64,000 nt of DNA from Thecamonas trahens ATCC 50062 (GCF_000142905.1 NW_013657673.1:484701-548700); one strand, 5' to 3'; positions 46,334 to 58,514 are shown, numbered from the stretch's first letter. Notes: generated by a model from the letters alone, not told the origin. Translations and numbers: made by a program.

Positions 46334-49300
46334 ATGCGCTACCCCACCCTCCTCCCGCTCCTGGTGGTGCTCGTCGTGGTCGCGGTGCCAACAACCCACG
46401 CGGCGCTGTCGCTCATTAACCGCCCTGCTTACGGGAACATTTTCAGGTCGGCCGGCGCAGTGTTTGACCTCCCGCCGGGAAGCTTTACCATGGAGTTTTG
46501 GGCCAAAATGTACACGCCTCCGAGAGATGTGTACCTGGTAAGCGTGTGCAAGCCTGGTTGCTGCAACAACAATATAGTGTTTGGCGCGTTTGACACTGAT
46601 GGTATTTGCTACCTCATCATGGGCACAAGCCCGTACTTTGAGGTCGAAGTCGCGAATTGTGGAGGCGACTCGCTCTGGCATCACTATGCGTTTGTGGTCG
46701 ACGCGACTACAGACTTGGCAGAGTTCTGGCTTGATGGAGTTCGCGTAGCTGGTCCGGATCCTGTCACCGGCATCCAGCGCACTGGCAATGTGCTGGTGCT
46801 GGGCAACGATCAGGACGGAGCCTCCTGTACAGTCGATGACGCCAGCCAAGCCGTCTCGGCGCTTATGGACGAGTTCCGCGTCTGGTCGGCAGCACTCTCC
46901 GGAGACGACATTGCGGCGGTCATGGCCGGTCCGGTCTCGCCCAACTCGCCCAACTTGAGCACTTATTTTGTCTTCAACGAGACTTACATCTCACCGACCA
47001 CGCTGACCCAGGCGCTTCCGGGCGGCATCTCGCTCTCAGCTGGCTCAGAGCCGCCAACGTATACCGCAGCAAGCCCGCACACGTCGATTGTTTTTGAGCG
47101 CGCGCCGCCGCAGCACCCGATCTTGCCCTCGCCGCCAGTGGTCGACATTGTCTCGTCGGCCATCCACAGCTGTTACGCGGCTGATCTCGACGCTGACGGC
47201 GTGCTTGACATGGTGTTTTCCCAGGACACGGCGGTGGTCACCGCCGAGCCGACCGTCTTTGTTGCTCGTGGCACCGGAGGCTTGACGTTTGACACGCCGT
47301 CGACAGTTGTGACCTCTACCAGCATTGCCGCCGTCGCTGCCTCCGACATTTCTACCGACGGCAAGCCCGATCTCGTGGTCATGCATGCCGGCTCCTCATA
47401 CCCGCTTGTCTACCTCTCGACCTCGTCGGGCCCTGGCGATGTCTCATTTGCACTCGCGCCGTACGAGGCAGGCACCGGGCGCGCGCTCTCGCAGCCAGTT
47501 GACAACTTTGCCCTTGTCCCAGACCAGAACGGCGATGGCGTGACTGATGCCGTGTACATTTCAGCCATCAGGCGCGAGCTCGGGTGGGTCACCTACGGCT
47601 CGGGCTCGCCGGTCTCGGCTCCGATCATCTCGATTCCGTCCGGCTCGCTCAAGTTTGGCTTCCGCTCAGACGACGTCTACACCGACCCACTCTTTGTCGA
47701 CACTAACGGCGATGCCCTACTCGATCTCATCTACATGGTTGTCCCGGCAGGAACCATTGGCGTCGTCAGGGCTCTGCCACGGACTGCACCGGCCGCGAGT
47801 GTCACCTTTGGAGTGCCGTTCGATCTAGTCGACGGCGTCACCCACTTCACGCTCGCCGACGTCGACGGCGACGCACAGCTCGAGCTCCTTACAACCATCT
47901 CCCGCACCTGGGCGGTCTGGCGATTCAACGGCGACTCGACCGTCACCCAAATTGCAAGCATCAACATCGGGACCGGCCAGCCTCCGTTTGGCATCATGTT
48001 CGCCGACCTTGACAACAACGGCCTCCTTGATATGGTGTCAAACTTTGACGTCGAAAGCACCGAGCTGCTGGTGGCGCTCCAGCTGGCGCCCTTGAACTTT
48101 GCCTTGGGTGAGGCCTTTGGCACTTCTGGCTCTAGCAAGTCCCGTTGCGTGGTATTTGGCCAATGGGAGAGCGACGGCTGGCCGCAGCTCATCATGGCTC
48201 CGGTAGCCACCTCTAGCATATCTCTTAGCGGAGAGATCCGTGCCATGCACACCGGGCCGGTCCCGCGATACCTTGATCCTGCAATCCAGCTGGCGCCCGT
48301 GGGCTTTTCCTGGTGCGGGTCAGGGCAAGTACCGGAGCTGCTCATCGTCGATGCTAACCATGACCTCGTGCTGGACCTCGTTCTCTCCTGCAACGTCGAC
48401 GCGACTACGTTTGCCATTTACGGCGACGGCGACGGCGGCTTCATGCCAGCCGCTCAACGGACCAACCCACCGTCACTGGCGCAGCTTGTGGCCACCATCG
48501 CGGTCGACGGCGACGGCGACGGCATGGTCGATATTGTTACACTCTCAAGCGACAGCCTCGTCGCGCTCTCACCGTTTGTGGACCTTTCTACCGCACCGGC
48601 ACCGGCGATTCCGACGCCCACCATCTTCACCGTGGCCACCGCTGGCACGCCGCAGTGGATGGCAGCCGCCGATCCCAACGCGGATGGCAACGTCGACTTG
48701 CTTGTCGGCGGCACGCTTGGCATTGCAGTTGTCGTCAACAACGGGCCGAGTGCCAGCCCGTTTAGCGCCCCGGCAGTCCTGCTTGCGTCTGGCGCTCCCA
48801 GCCTGCGCCTGCATACCGTGCACGATTTTAGCGGCTCTGGGGCAGCCAGCGACCTGGCCTGGGTCTCAGCGACGGCCAACACTGTTTACGTCTCGCTTGC
48901 CAACCCGGGCGCGCCGTCGTACGACCAGCTCTACGCCGCGGCGACTGCGCACCTGCTTGCCGCCGACCCTGTTGTACTCATCGGCGGCATGTACGACGGG
49001 GGCGACGTGGCCGACGTGCTCGTCGGCCTTGACAACGGCGACGTTGTCGTTCTCGCCGACGGCGGAAGCGGCGGCCCGACTACCGTGCTCTCAGGCCTGG
49101 GGAGCATCTTGGCGGTGCACCTTGATCCGCTTGTGGGCCACGACGGCATGCTACTTGTGACGACCGCAACCGGCTTTGTGTTTTTCTCTGACTACGGCCA
49201 GTACTCGTTTGTTCCACCGGGCATGCCGGTCGGAGCCAAGGTAGTTGCCGCGGATCTTTTCGGCAACGAGGCCACCGACCTTGTTGTAGCCTCGAGCACA

Positions 49301-52300
49301 GACATTGCGGTGGCGGGCGGCAAGATGGTTCTTGGCGCTGCGCCGCGCCGCGAGCCGGCAAACCTGGCTGAGTGTGGCGGTGTGGCCAACTCGTGGCTCT
49401 GCATCTCGGCACGTGCTGCGCACTCGGCTGATGGTGCCACGGTCACAGTGGGCGAGGTTGTGCCGGATAGCAGCTCGCTCTGCGCGCGTGCCCCAGCCGC
49501 ACACGACTACCACCGGATATCGCGGAACATCACGCTTGCAGGTGGCCGCATTGACTGCGGGCCGCTTGGCGGCGTGCTGCTGCAGGTCGCAGCAGGCGCT
49601 CAGCTGACGATCGACGGCATGCAGCTGATTTCTCAAGCATCAGCTGCGACACCGGTGGCCTCACTCCTCGCCGGCGCTGCGTTTGATGTCTCCTCCGGGG
49701 GAAGCCTTGTGGTGACCTCATCGACAATGAGCGGATTTGTGGCCGATGAGGGAGCCAGCGCGCGGGCGACAGTGACGCTGTACGGCGGTGCCATTCGATG
49801 CGCCGGCTCGCTGACGGTCACAAACGCGACATTTGCGGCCTGCCAGGCAGGGCAGTTTGGCGGCGCGATTGCCATGCTGGGCGGTGCAGCGGCGACGCTG
49901 ACCGACGTTACCTTTGTGGACAATACGGTGACCGGCGAAGCCAGGACCCGGACTTCTGGCGGCGGTGCAGTCGGCGGATTCGAGGTGGCGTCGCTGACCT
50001 GCACGCGGTGCGTCTTTGAGCGCAACGCAGCGGCTGGGTTGGGCAGCGGCGGCGGCGCAGTGGCGCTCCGCTCGCTCACTCTCAGCAGCGTGGTGCTTGT
50101 TGATTGCACCTTTGTTGACAACTCGGCGCCAGGCGGGTACGGCGGGGCAGTGTTTGTCGACGTCTCGAGTACGTCTGCGAGCGTGGCCATTGCCAACACG
50201 TCGTTTTCGGGCTCGTCGGCCGTGTTTGGTGGCACAGTGGCAGCGGCGACGCTCGGCAGCCTCAGCACGTCGTTTGCCGGCTTCCAGGCGCCTAATCTGC
50301 CACCACCGGCGTCGCTGGCGGCGCTAACGGCATTGTCAGCAACACTGCGGATAGAGAGCTCAACTGTTTCCACATCGTTTGCGCGATACGGGAGCGTGGC
50401 GCTCTCGTGCGGCATGGTGGTTGACATGAGCGGGACGGATCTCAGCTCAGCGAGTCTGAGCTACTCGCAGGCAGGCGGGGTTTGGTACCAGTGCCTGCCG
50501 CTGACGTCGACGACGGCGGTGGTAACCACGTCGCTACCGACATCCTCTCCGAGTGCAAGCTCTGCACTGGCGTACGGCCCGATATTTGCATCGCCGGCAG
50601 CCACATTGACATGGTCGCGGGCCGGTTCAGCCCTCAGCGTGCCGTCGGGGGTCAACTTTGGCATCGATGGCGGCCAATTGCTTGTCACCGACGGCTTTGG
50701 CACGCCTGTATCGGACACAATCCTTGACTTGCTGCTCTCTGTTTCCGCGCCGGAAGCACTTGTTACCGACGCGGCCATCCGATGGGACGTGGCCGCCGGC
50801 GGATTCTCGCTCAAGGACGTGGCAATCCAAATTGCCGGTTCGCACTGGCCGGCCGAGGTGGGCAAAGAGTTTTCGCTGAAAGTCAGCCTGCGGTCCGGCA
50901 CGTACCTTGAGCTTCCAGTCACTGTGGGTGCGTGTCCGGTCGGATTCGGCGCGGTGACCAGTAATCCGCTCCTTCCGCTGAGCTGCTCGCGGTGCGTCGC
51001 CGGGACCGAGTCGACCGAAGAGTCGGTGGCAGCGTGTACCGTTGTCCCGACCTGCGCCGGGACCGGCTATCCAGTCAACGGCGAGTGCGTGGTGTGTCCG
51101 GCGAATGCGGTGCGTCTGGCGAGCCAGAACACCACGAGCTCGGGCAGTGCGCCGCCGTGTGTGTGCGCCCGTGGGTACTGGAACGCAGGCAATGAGGCCG
51201 ACCGTGAGTGCACGGCATGTCCGAGAGGTGCGATCTGCCCAGGCGGTACCGGCGTCGGAAGCGGTCCTGTGGCGCGGCCAGGATTTTTCAAGGTCGACGT
51301 CGGCAAGTACGAGGCATGCAAGGTGGATGAGGCCTGTCTGGGCGGCTCCATCTGCGCGCCCGAGTACAAGCAGGGCTCCATGCTGTGCAAGGACTGCTCA
51401 ACAGGCGCCTACCGGCAACAAGACGGGTCGTGCAAGCGGTGCCCGAACGCGCCGGCGTCGCTGCTTGCCCTGCTGGGCGGCGCGGTTATCTTTGCGGCGA
51501 TGGCGGCGGTAGTTGTGGGCGGGCTTGCGGCCAAGCAGTTCCAGAAACGTGTCGACTCAGACGGCGAGGTCGGCGGGGTCAAGCGCGCACCGCACACGCT
51601 CTCGCTGGCGGTCATCTTTTTGCAAGTCCTGGGCATCCTCGCCAAGGCGCCGCTCAAGTGGCCCAAGCCGCCTGTGAAGCAGATTTTGGAGGCGGCCAAC
51701 GTGGCCAACGTAGACTTGTCGTTCTTTGCCATCGACTGCTCGCTGCCGTCGTTTGTGGTGCGGTACTCGATCAGCATGCTTCTCCCGCTGCTGTTCGGCG
51801 GTGTTTTTTTGGCGATACTGGTGCTGGTCAAGCACGTACCTGCGCTACGGTGCTGCTTCTTCCGCGGAGTTGACGCCTCGCGAGTCCGAGTGGTGGACAT
51901 TTCGCTGTGGGCGATCTTCACCTTTGGGCCGCTGGTGTACATCCCGCTCTCGCGGGCCGCGCTGGTCTTCTTTGATTGCACACAGTATCCCGACGGCAAG
52001 TGGTATCTGGATGCGGAGCCAAGCTTGCAGTGCTTTGTGGGCAAGTGGCTGGCAACGCTCGAGCTCGCGATCATGGGCGTCGGCTTGTACGTTGTCGCGC
52101 TCCCAATTCTGTTTGCAGCTGTTCTCTACAAGTACCGGCACAGCCTGCGGAGCCCTCTGGTGACGCTCCGATACGGGTCGCTGTACGCCGTCTTCCGCCA
52201 ACACTACTACTACGCTGGGATGCCTGTCATGTTCAAGCGGCTACTCATTGTCATCTTTCGGTGTTTGCCTCAAATGTGCAGATCATCCTCTTCTCGGGCC

Positions 52301-53037
52301 TGCTAGTCGTTTTCGTCACCTCGATGCTGTTGCTGACCAAGTACTCGCCGTACACGTACCACCCGCTCAACGTCATCGAGACCAAACTGGACTTGAGCAT
52401 TGTGGCGCTGCTTGTTGCCGGCCTCTTGTTTTGGATGGACGAGTTTCCAAACGATGGCACGTACGCGGTGTTTGTCGTCCTCGTGCTGGGCGTCATCGGC
52501 TATGCGGCCGCCACCCTCGTCGTTGGCCTCATCCGCGAGCTGCGTCACCACCGGGCTAGTGCGCGGCAGGTCGGGATCAACGGCGGAAACGACGAGAACA
52601 ACGAGCACAACACCATGTTCCTCGCGTGGGTCCGCAAGTTTGCACCTGAGCTCTCGGGCAGCGTTCGAGCGGCTGTCCGAGACCTGCTCGGCTCCGACTC
52701 GGGAGGCGCTGACTATGATGGATCTTCCGGCGGCTCGGTCGAGATGGTGGAGCTGGGCGGCGCGACGGCCAAGTCTGACGTGTCAAGCCACTCGCTGGCT
52801 GCTGCGAGCAACAAGGCCGGCGAGAGATTGGAGAGCAGCAGCAGCAGCTCGGTTGTCTCTGCCGAGTCGTCGACTCCTGCATCGTCGGCAAGCCGGTCGA
52901 TGAGCCGGGCGAGTTTTCGCGCGGCGCGATCGGCACAGCTGGCGCGCAATTCTGAGCAGACATCTACCTTGCGCGGCGTCAAGTCGGCTGCTGGCGCAGG
53001 CTCGTCGTTCAGGGCGAGCGCGAGAGGCCGGCGATAG
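46334..53037 (+). CDS. Giant cell-surface receptor-like protein: signal peptide, LamG/ConA domain, FG-GAP/VCBS repeats, GGA(I/V) beta-helix, Cys-rich repeats, multi-pass (7TM-like) domain (apparent frameshift ~52256)
   Basis: FTMEFW...WHHYAFV...LGNDQD...MDEFRVWS.AL; many D.D.DG..D(L/M/I)V repeats; GGAI/GGAV with F..N; CP.GA.CPGG; membrane region FLQVLG...WP, FFDC...YL.AEP..QC, RYGSLY, PY.....N..E. Confidence 0.82.
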
Positions 53038-53267
53038 TCTTGCCAGACCCAAGTGAATTCCAACAGGAGCGGTTGACTGCCCCCCCCCCCCCCCCCGTTT
53101 GGGGGCTGTCCCCGAAATGGACAAAATCGAAGCCTGGTTCGTTCGATTCGTTTTCCATTGGTGGCGCCATAAAACGCTTCCAAAGGCGTGCCGAGCCAGC
53201 CAACCAGCAGGTCCTTCACCCGACTCTGTACCCCGCCACTCACAGTCCATTGCGCCACATCAACGCT

Positions 53268-55463
53268 ATGGGCAAAGAGCACAAGTCGAGCGTGGTGAGC
53301 AGGCCGGCGATGACCAAGGAATTGCCTGTGACCGAGAATGTGGCTGACGGACTGGAGGATGATGACGAGGTGCCTGCTGCGTGCGCGTCTGTTTTCGGCC
53401 GGCGAGTTGGAGCGGTGGCAGACATGGCGTTTGATCTGTTCACGGTGGCGCTCAATGTGACGGACATTGTGAGCGATTTGCTCATTGCGTACGGCTACTA
53501 CCAAGACGGATACATGGGGTTCTTCTACATCGCCATGGTCATCTTTGTGGTGGCGCAGCTACTGTACACAGCGCAGGGCGCGATGGCGATCATTGCGGTC
53601 GATGGTCGGATCCACTTTGACCACGGGGCGGGATCCCGTGCTACAGCCTCGTGGATCCGGGTTGTTCTTGTCTACCTGTTGATGCTTCCGTTTGGCCAGT
53701 TTGTCCCGCTGATGATGTGGATGTATACCAAGCTCAGGCTGCGGATCATGGACGCGTTTGTTTCTGCCTGCATCTGGTTCATCGCCAAGCCCGAGCTGCG
53801 CACAAAGCGGGCAGCCGATCGGGCGGCTGGGCGGTCGCCGAACGAGATCAGCGATCCTGGGTCGTCTCCGGATCCGCTGCGGGCCTACCTGCTCCGCAAG
53901 GCGATGACGCACATGGGCTTTGTGCTCGAGTCGCTCGTCGAGTCTGTTCCACAGTCGATCCTGCAGATGGTGGCGATTCTTGTGACCGGACAGGTGACCG
54001 GGCTTTCTGTGTTCTCGATCTGCGTCTCGATCGTGTCTGTGGCCTCCAAGGGCTTCCTCCTCTCGTACTCGATTGATCGGATCACGTTTGTGGTCAACTA
54101 CCTCTCTTACGTGGTAGATGTCTTTCTCATCTTTGCCGAAATCTCGTGGCTGTTCTACACGCCCGAGTCTGGCTCTGCGGCGGCAGCATTGTGGTCCACA
54201 AGCGGCGGGGTACTCCCGATGACAACGCACGTGCTCACGCTGGTGTGGTTCTGGAAGTTCTTTGTCATGTGTGGGACGGCCGCCGCGCTTGCGCTGTACT
54301 CGGGATTTGTGCACGTCATTGGCATGCTCTTCAGCGCGCAGTACCGCAGCGGGCCTGTTGCCCTTCTTGACGTTCTCTTGCACTTTTTGGCCGCTGCTGG
54401 CATGCTCCTCATGTACGCGCCGGTGATGGTTGCGCTGGCGGCGTTCAAGTTTGCCTCGATTCCGCTTCTCGTCTCGCGCTCGCTCAACGACCCGTACTCG
54501 CGGTTCGCCAAGTTCTACTCGTGTGCCTTTGCCTGGCTCCGGGACGGGAACACTAACGAGCGCAAGGCCAAGTTGGTGGCGTTCAACCAGGCCATGATCG
54601 AGTTGACGCATCGCGGAACCAATAGGGTCTCAATTGTCGTTTGCGTGACTAATCTCTCGTCATACTCCAGGATGATCACCCAGCGTGTCATCCAGTACTT
54701 TGTTCTGCTCAACAACAGCGATGAGTACTCGTACGCCGAGCACCGGCGGCTGCGCGGAACCTCGATTCGCGGCTTTATCCAGTTCTGGGTCCAGAACTTC
54801 CGGTCGGACCTACAGAATGAGGAGGACTGGATTGACGTGCTACAGATGGTCTCGCTGCTCTGGGCCCAGTTTGTGCTTTCTCCGGTAGTGGTGGTCGGCA
54901 ACGTGTTTGGTGCGGTCTATCCGATGGCAATGCTCATTGTCCATGCCCGCGCCACCGGCACTGTCCCGCCGCTGCAGCTCTTCCTCACGACCACCGTTAT
55001 GGCCATCCAAGTTGTGCTCCTCCTGCTTTCGCCGGCAATGCTCCGGTTCAAGTACCTTTCGTCGCACATCGAGATGTTCCACTATCCAGCGCCCGACATC
55101 GACGAGACGATGACCGCCATCCTGGCCAGGTACGAGGCCGGAAAGCCCGGGGAAGAGATCCTGCGGATCCGGGCTATGTACGCAGCTGCCAACGAGCGCC
55201 TTACTTCGCGGCAGAGCTGGAGGGCCCGGCTGGAAAACGATCGTGGCAACATCAACGACTTTATCACTCGTCCGGCGAGCGTCAAGCCTGTCGTCGAGAC
55301 CCAGGCCGCGGGCCGTGCGGTGGTAATCTCGGCGCCGGCGGTCAAGGTCGACGACGTGGCGCCCGATGACGATGTCGAGCGGCTGTGCGAGGCAGGTTGG
55401 CTTGGCGCCAACCGGTCAGCGTCGTCAAGCTCGAGCTCGAGCTCGGTGGTGTCGATGGTGTAA
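53268..55463 (+). CDS. XK-related (XKR scramblase-like) multi-pass membrane protein
   Basis: TDIVSDLLIAYGYYQDG, LESLVESVPQSILQ and SICVSIVSVA match XK-family signatures; many TM segments. Confidence 0.7.
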   Translation: MGKEHKSSVVSRPAMTKELPVTENVADGLEDDDEVPAACASVFGRRVGAVADMAFDLFTVALNVTDIVSDLLIAYGYYQDGYMGFFYIAMVIFVVAQLLYTAQGAMAIIAVDGRIHFDHGAGSRATASWIRVVLVYLLMLPFGQFVPLMMWMYTKLRLRIMDAFVSACIWFIAKPELRTKRAADRAAGRSPNEISDPGSSPDPLRAYLLRKAMTHMGFVLESLVESVPQSILQMVAILVTGQVTGLSVFSICVSIVSVASKGFLLSYSIDRITFVVNYLSYVVDVFLIFAEISWLFYTPESGSAAAALWSTSGGVLPMTTHVLTLVWFWKFFVMCGTAAALALYSGFVHVIGMLFSAQYRSGPVALLDVLLHFLAAAGMLLMYAPVMVALAAFKFASIPLLVSRSLNDPYSRFAKFYSCAFAWLRDGNTNERKAKLVAFNQAMIELTHRGTNRVSIVVCVTNLSSYSRMITQRVIQYFVLLNNSDEYSYAEHRRLRGTSIRGFIQFWVQNFRSDLQNEEDWIDVLQMVSLLWAQFVLSPVVVVGNVFGAVYPMAMLIVHARATGTVPPLQLFLTTTVMAIQVVLLLLSPAMLRFKYLSSHIEMFHYPAPDIDETMTAILARYEAGKPGEEILRIRAMYAAANERLTSRQSWRARLENDRGNINDFITRPASVKPVVETQAAGRAVVISAPAVKVDDVAPDDDVERLCEAGWLGANRSASSSSSSSSVVSMV

Positions 55464-55478
55464 GCTAAGCTCAAGTTA

Positions 55479-56552
55479 CTAAATCAGTGCCTGAAGGACG
55501 CCGGCGTCGTCTAGCCAGTCGCGGAGCGGGCCGTCGCGGAGCAAGTCCGCCAGCGACGCCAATGGCTCGTGCTGGATGCGGAACTCAAACGGTGCGGCCC
55601 CGAAGAGGACGTCGGCATCGGTAGCAAGGTTGAAGAGGCAGGTGCCGGTGCCAAGGCCATCGGGCGGGCCGAACGGATTGAGCTCGATGACGTATACGCG
55701 ACCGGCGTCGAGATCGACGGCCAGATCAAGGACGCAGGAGGAGATGCCGAGGCGAGGGGCAAAGTCGTCAAAGGCGGCCTTGACCAGAGCCTCGACAGCG
55801 TCACGTGCGGCGACGAGCTCGTCAAAGCGGACGCCGACAAAATACTGCGAGAGAGCGGTGAGCTTGCCGTCGACGACAAAGCCGCGCAGCTCGGACCATG
55901 GCGGGAGCGAGACCCACTCGCGGAGGACAACATGCTGCGACCATTGGTGGGCGTGCTCGAGGGCAAGCGGGATGTCGTCGGCACAGACTCTGTCCGAGGA
56001 CATGAGGCTCGCCACCACTTGGGCGGCCGAGTCGGAGCGGAGGGCCGCGATGCCGGCGGCCATGACGCTACGGAACACCGTGTTGGCGTCGAGCGTGGCG
56101 CCGCTCGCCAGCGCATCACCGAGCTCAGCCTTGATTGCATCCAGCGCCCGCGCCTCGCACAGGGTCGAGTCCTTCGGGCTCCGCGAGGAGAGCTTGGCAA
56201 ACACGTTGCTGGCTCCGAGATCGACCATGGCGGCGGCGATGGACGCGGTCAGCGCCTCGAGCTCTGCGCTTGCTTCCTCGCTCAGTGATGCCCGGCCGCA
56301 CTGCGCCTCGTATCCGGCCATCAGCGCACGTGCTGCGTCCTGGCTAAGGGGGACAAAGACAGTCTTGAAGGTCTCGCCTTCGAGCCGAGCGTACCACGCC
56401 TCCAGATCGCATTCGCGCAGCCGGGCATGAGCCTCGCGCTCTGCCGCCACCGCCGCCGCCAATCTGGCTGATCCGCCATCGCCCGCCCCTATTGCTTGAT
56501 CCGCGTTGGTCTTCTTCAGGGACACCTTGGACAGTACAGATGCGAAGCTCAT
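55479..56552 (-). CDS. CDC123/D123-like ATP-grasp protein with an N-terminal WH2-like motif
   Basis: FAKLSSRSPKD, SSDRVC.D, VLREWV...ELRGFV..GKLTALSQY, VIELNPFG...GTCLF; N-terminus SVLSKVSLKKT. Confidence 0.8.
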   Translation of the reverse strand: MSFASVLSKVSLKKTNADQAIGAGDGGSARLAAAVAAEREAHARLRECDLEAWYARLEGETFKTVFVPLSQDAARALMAGYEAQCGRASLSEEASAELEALTASIAAAMVDLGASNVFAKLSSRSPKDSTLCEARALDAIKAELGDALASGATLDANTVFRSVMAAGIAALRSDSAAQVVASLMSSDRVCADDIPLALEHAHQWSQHVVLREWVSLPPWSELRGFVVDGKLTALSQYFVGVRFDELVAARDAVEALVKAAFDDFAPRLGISSCVLDLAVDLDAGRVYVIELNPFGPPDGLGTGTCLFNLATDADVLFGAAPFEFRIQHEPLASLADLLRDGPLRDWLDDAGVLQALI

Positions 56553-56808
56553 GGGTAGGTAGCCGATGGAATGGAGACAAGTGGCGAGTGTGAGGACTGT
56601 GTTTTGGGGTGTGCGGGTGTGTGGGTGGGGGGTGCTGAAAACTATGGAGTAAAATTTTATCACCCCCCCCCCCCCCCCTCCCCGGCTCTTCCCGGCACAC
56701 TCCCGCCAACTCAGCCGAGTGCGACTTGGCGAGGACGGGGGTAAGAGCCACAGGGCACGAGCAAGAGCGAGAGGCCGCCACACCGGACTCGTGGCAAGAC
56801 AGAACATT

Positions 56809-58514
56809 ATGGACGACACGTTCGACCTCCTGGCAGACCTTGAGGCGCTGGATGACCTCGCCCCACCAGCGGCTGCTGCTGCTGCGGCGGCTGTTGCTGG
56901 TGAGGTAGGCGGCGGCGGCGGTGGCGATGTGCAGGAGATGGTGGTGGAGGACAAGGATGACGGCAGCGGGCGGTACAGCTCAACTGTCGCCGGTGGGATG
57001 GGTTGGATGGCTTGGCGGCGATGACTCGAATTGGCACAGGCGGAGGATCGGGGCTGAGTCAGCCGCCACCGGGACCGTCTTCTCTGCTGGCAGCGGTGCG
57101 GGCGACGGTCATGGAGGTGGTCAAAGGCGGCGAGGAGATGCGGCCGGGGCGCGGACCGGGATTGGATGGCTTTCTGGCAAAGAGCTATGGCTTTCTCTCA
57201 GAGGCATCGGCAAGGATCGCGGCGCTGGCAGGGTATCTGAGGCGGGGCTTTGGGAAGCGTTTCCCGGAGATGGACGCTCTGGTCGCCGACGATCTGGCAT
57301 ATGTCCGATGCGCGGCGGCGCTGGTGGCGCGGGATGAGGGGCGAGTGGTGGCGCTGGTCGAGACCAAAGACATTGCTAATCCCGAGCAGCTCTCGCCGGA
57401 GGAGGCGATGCGGGCGCGGCTGCGCGAGGTCCTCCCGCCGTCAGTGGCCATGGTAGTGGCGGTCTCGCTGGCGACGAGCTCGGGATCACAGCTGGCTGCG
57501 AGCGAGGCTGCGCACGTTTGCGCTGCGGCGAGCGACGTTGAGGCGCTGGTTGCAGACACGTCCAGAGTAGAGGGCTACATCGCGGAGCTGATGGACGCGT
57601 TTGCGCCGAACTTGGCGGCGCTGGTCAGCTCGCACATTGCGGCGCGACTGCTGGCACTCGCGGGCGGCCTCCCGCAGCTGGCCAACATCACGGCAGACTG
57701 CATCCAAGTTCTGGGCAAAGACGTTTCCAAGGCAGTGCAGGGGCTCGCGCGAACTGCGGCGCTCCACGAGGGCGTCATCTTTGAGGCACCGGTGGTGCAG
57801 TCGGCGCCCGACGCGCACCGGACCAAGGTTGGGCGGGCGGCGGCAGCCAAAGCGGCTCTCGCAGCACGGACAGATGCATCAGGCGGATATCCCGATGGGT
57901 CGTACGGTAAGCAGCTGCTGGGCAAGGTTGAGGCCAAGCTCGCCAAGCTGTTGGAGCCCAAAAAGGCACGGCTTGTCAAGGCGCTGCCGATTCCGGGCAA
58001 GAAGAAAGGCTCTCGGCGTGGCGGACGGCGGGCGCGCAAGGCCAAGGCCCGCTGGGGCGAGTCGGAGCTGGCCAAGGCGACGTCGCGTGTCAAGTTTGGT
58101 GCCGACGAGGACGACGGCTCACTCGCCGCCGCCGCGCTGCGCAACACGCTTGCCAAAGCCGCCGCGTCGGCACCAAAGCAGCCCAAGTTTTCCAAGGCGA
58201 TGCGCAAGCGGCTCGCGGCCGACGCGCGACACGGCGAGTCGCCGGTCTCGCGCTCGTCGGGCGCAGCCTTGCTCGAGGTCAACCCTCACGCAGATCTGGC
58301 TCCAGAGGGAGCCGCTGACGACGGCGCGGTGGTGCTGGTCAATCCCGATGCCGCAACTGACGCCTCGTACCGGTCCTCGATCACATCGGCGGGCTACTTT
58401 GATGACGACGCAGGATTTACCGCGGTCGAGGTCAGCCGGAGCCGCAAGTCCGAGCCGGAGGCGGCAGCCGGCGAGCAACGGCCGACCAAGCGCCGGCGCA
58501 CGCTCGAATCATGA
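56809..58514 (+). CDS. PRPF31: U4/U6.U5 tri-snRNP protein Prp31, divergent (apparent frameshift ~57001)
   Basis: MDDTFDLLADLE N-terminus; KRFPEMDALV...Y; Nop domain FAPNLAALV...AARLLALAGGL..LA; KAALAARTD; KALPIP...RRGGRRARK. Confidence 0.85.

Noticed and set aside
40727-53037. Bacterial contamination or prophage explaining the bacterial-like domains
   Set aside because: The eukaryote-specific VPS36 sits between the two genes with similar codon style; no integrase, operon structure or phage genes are present.
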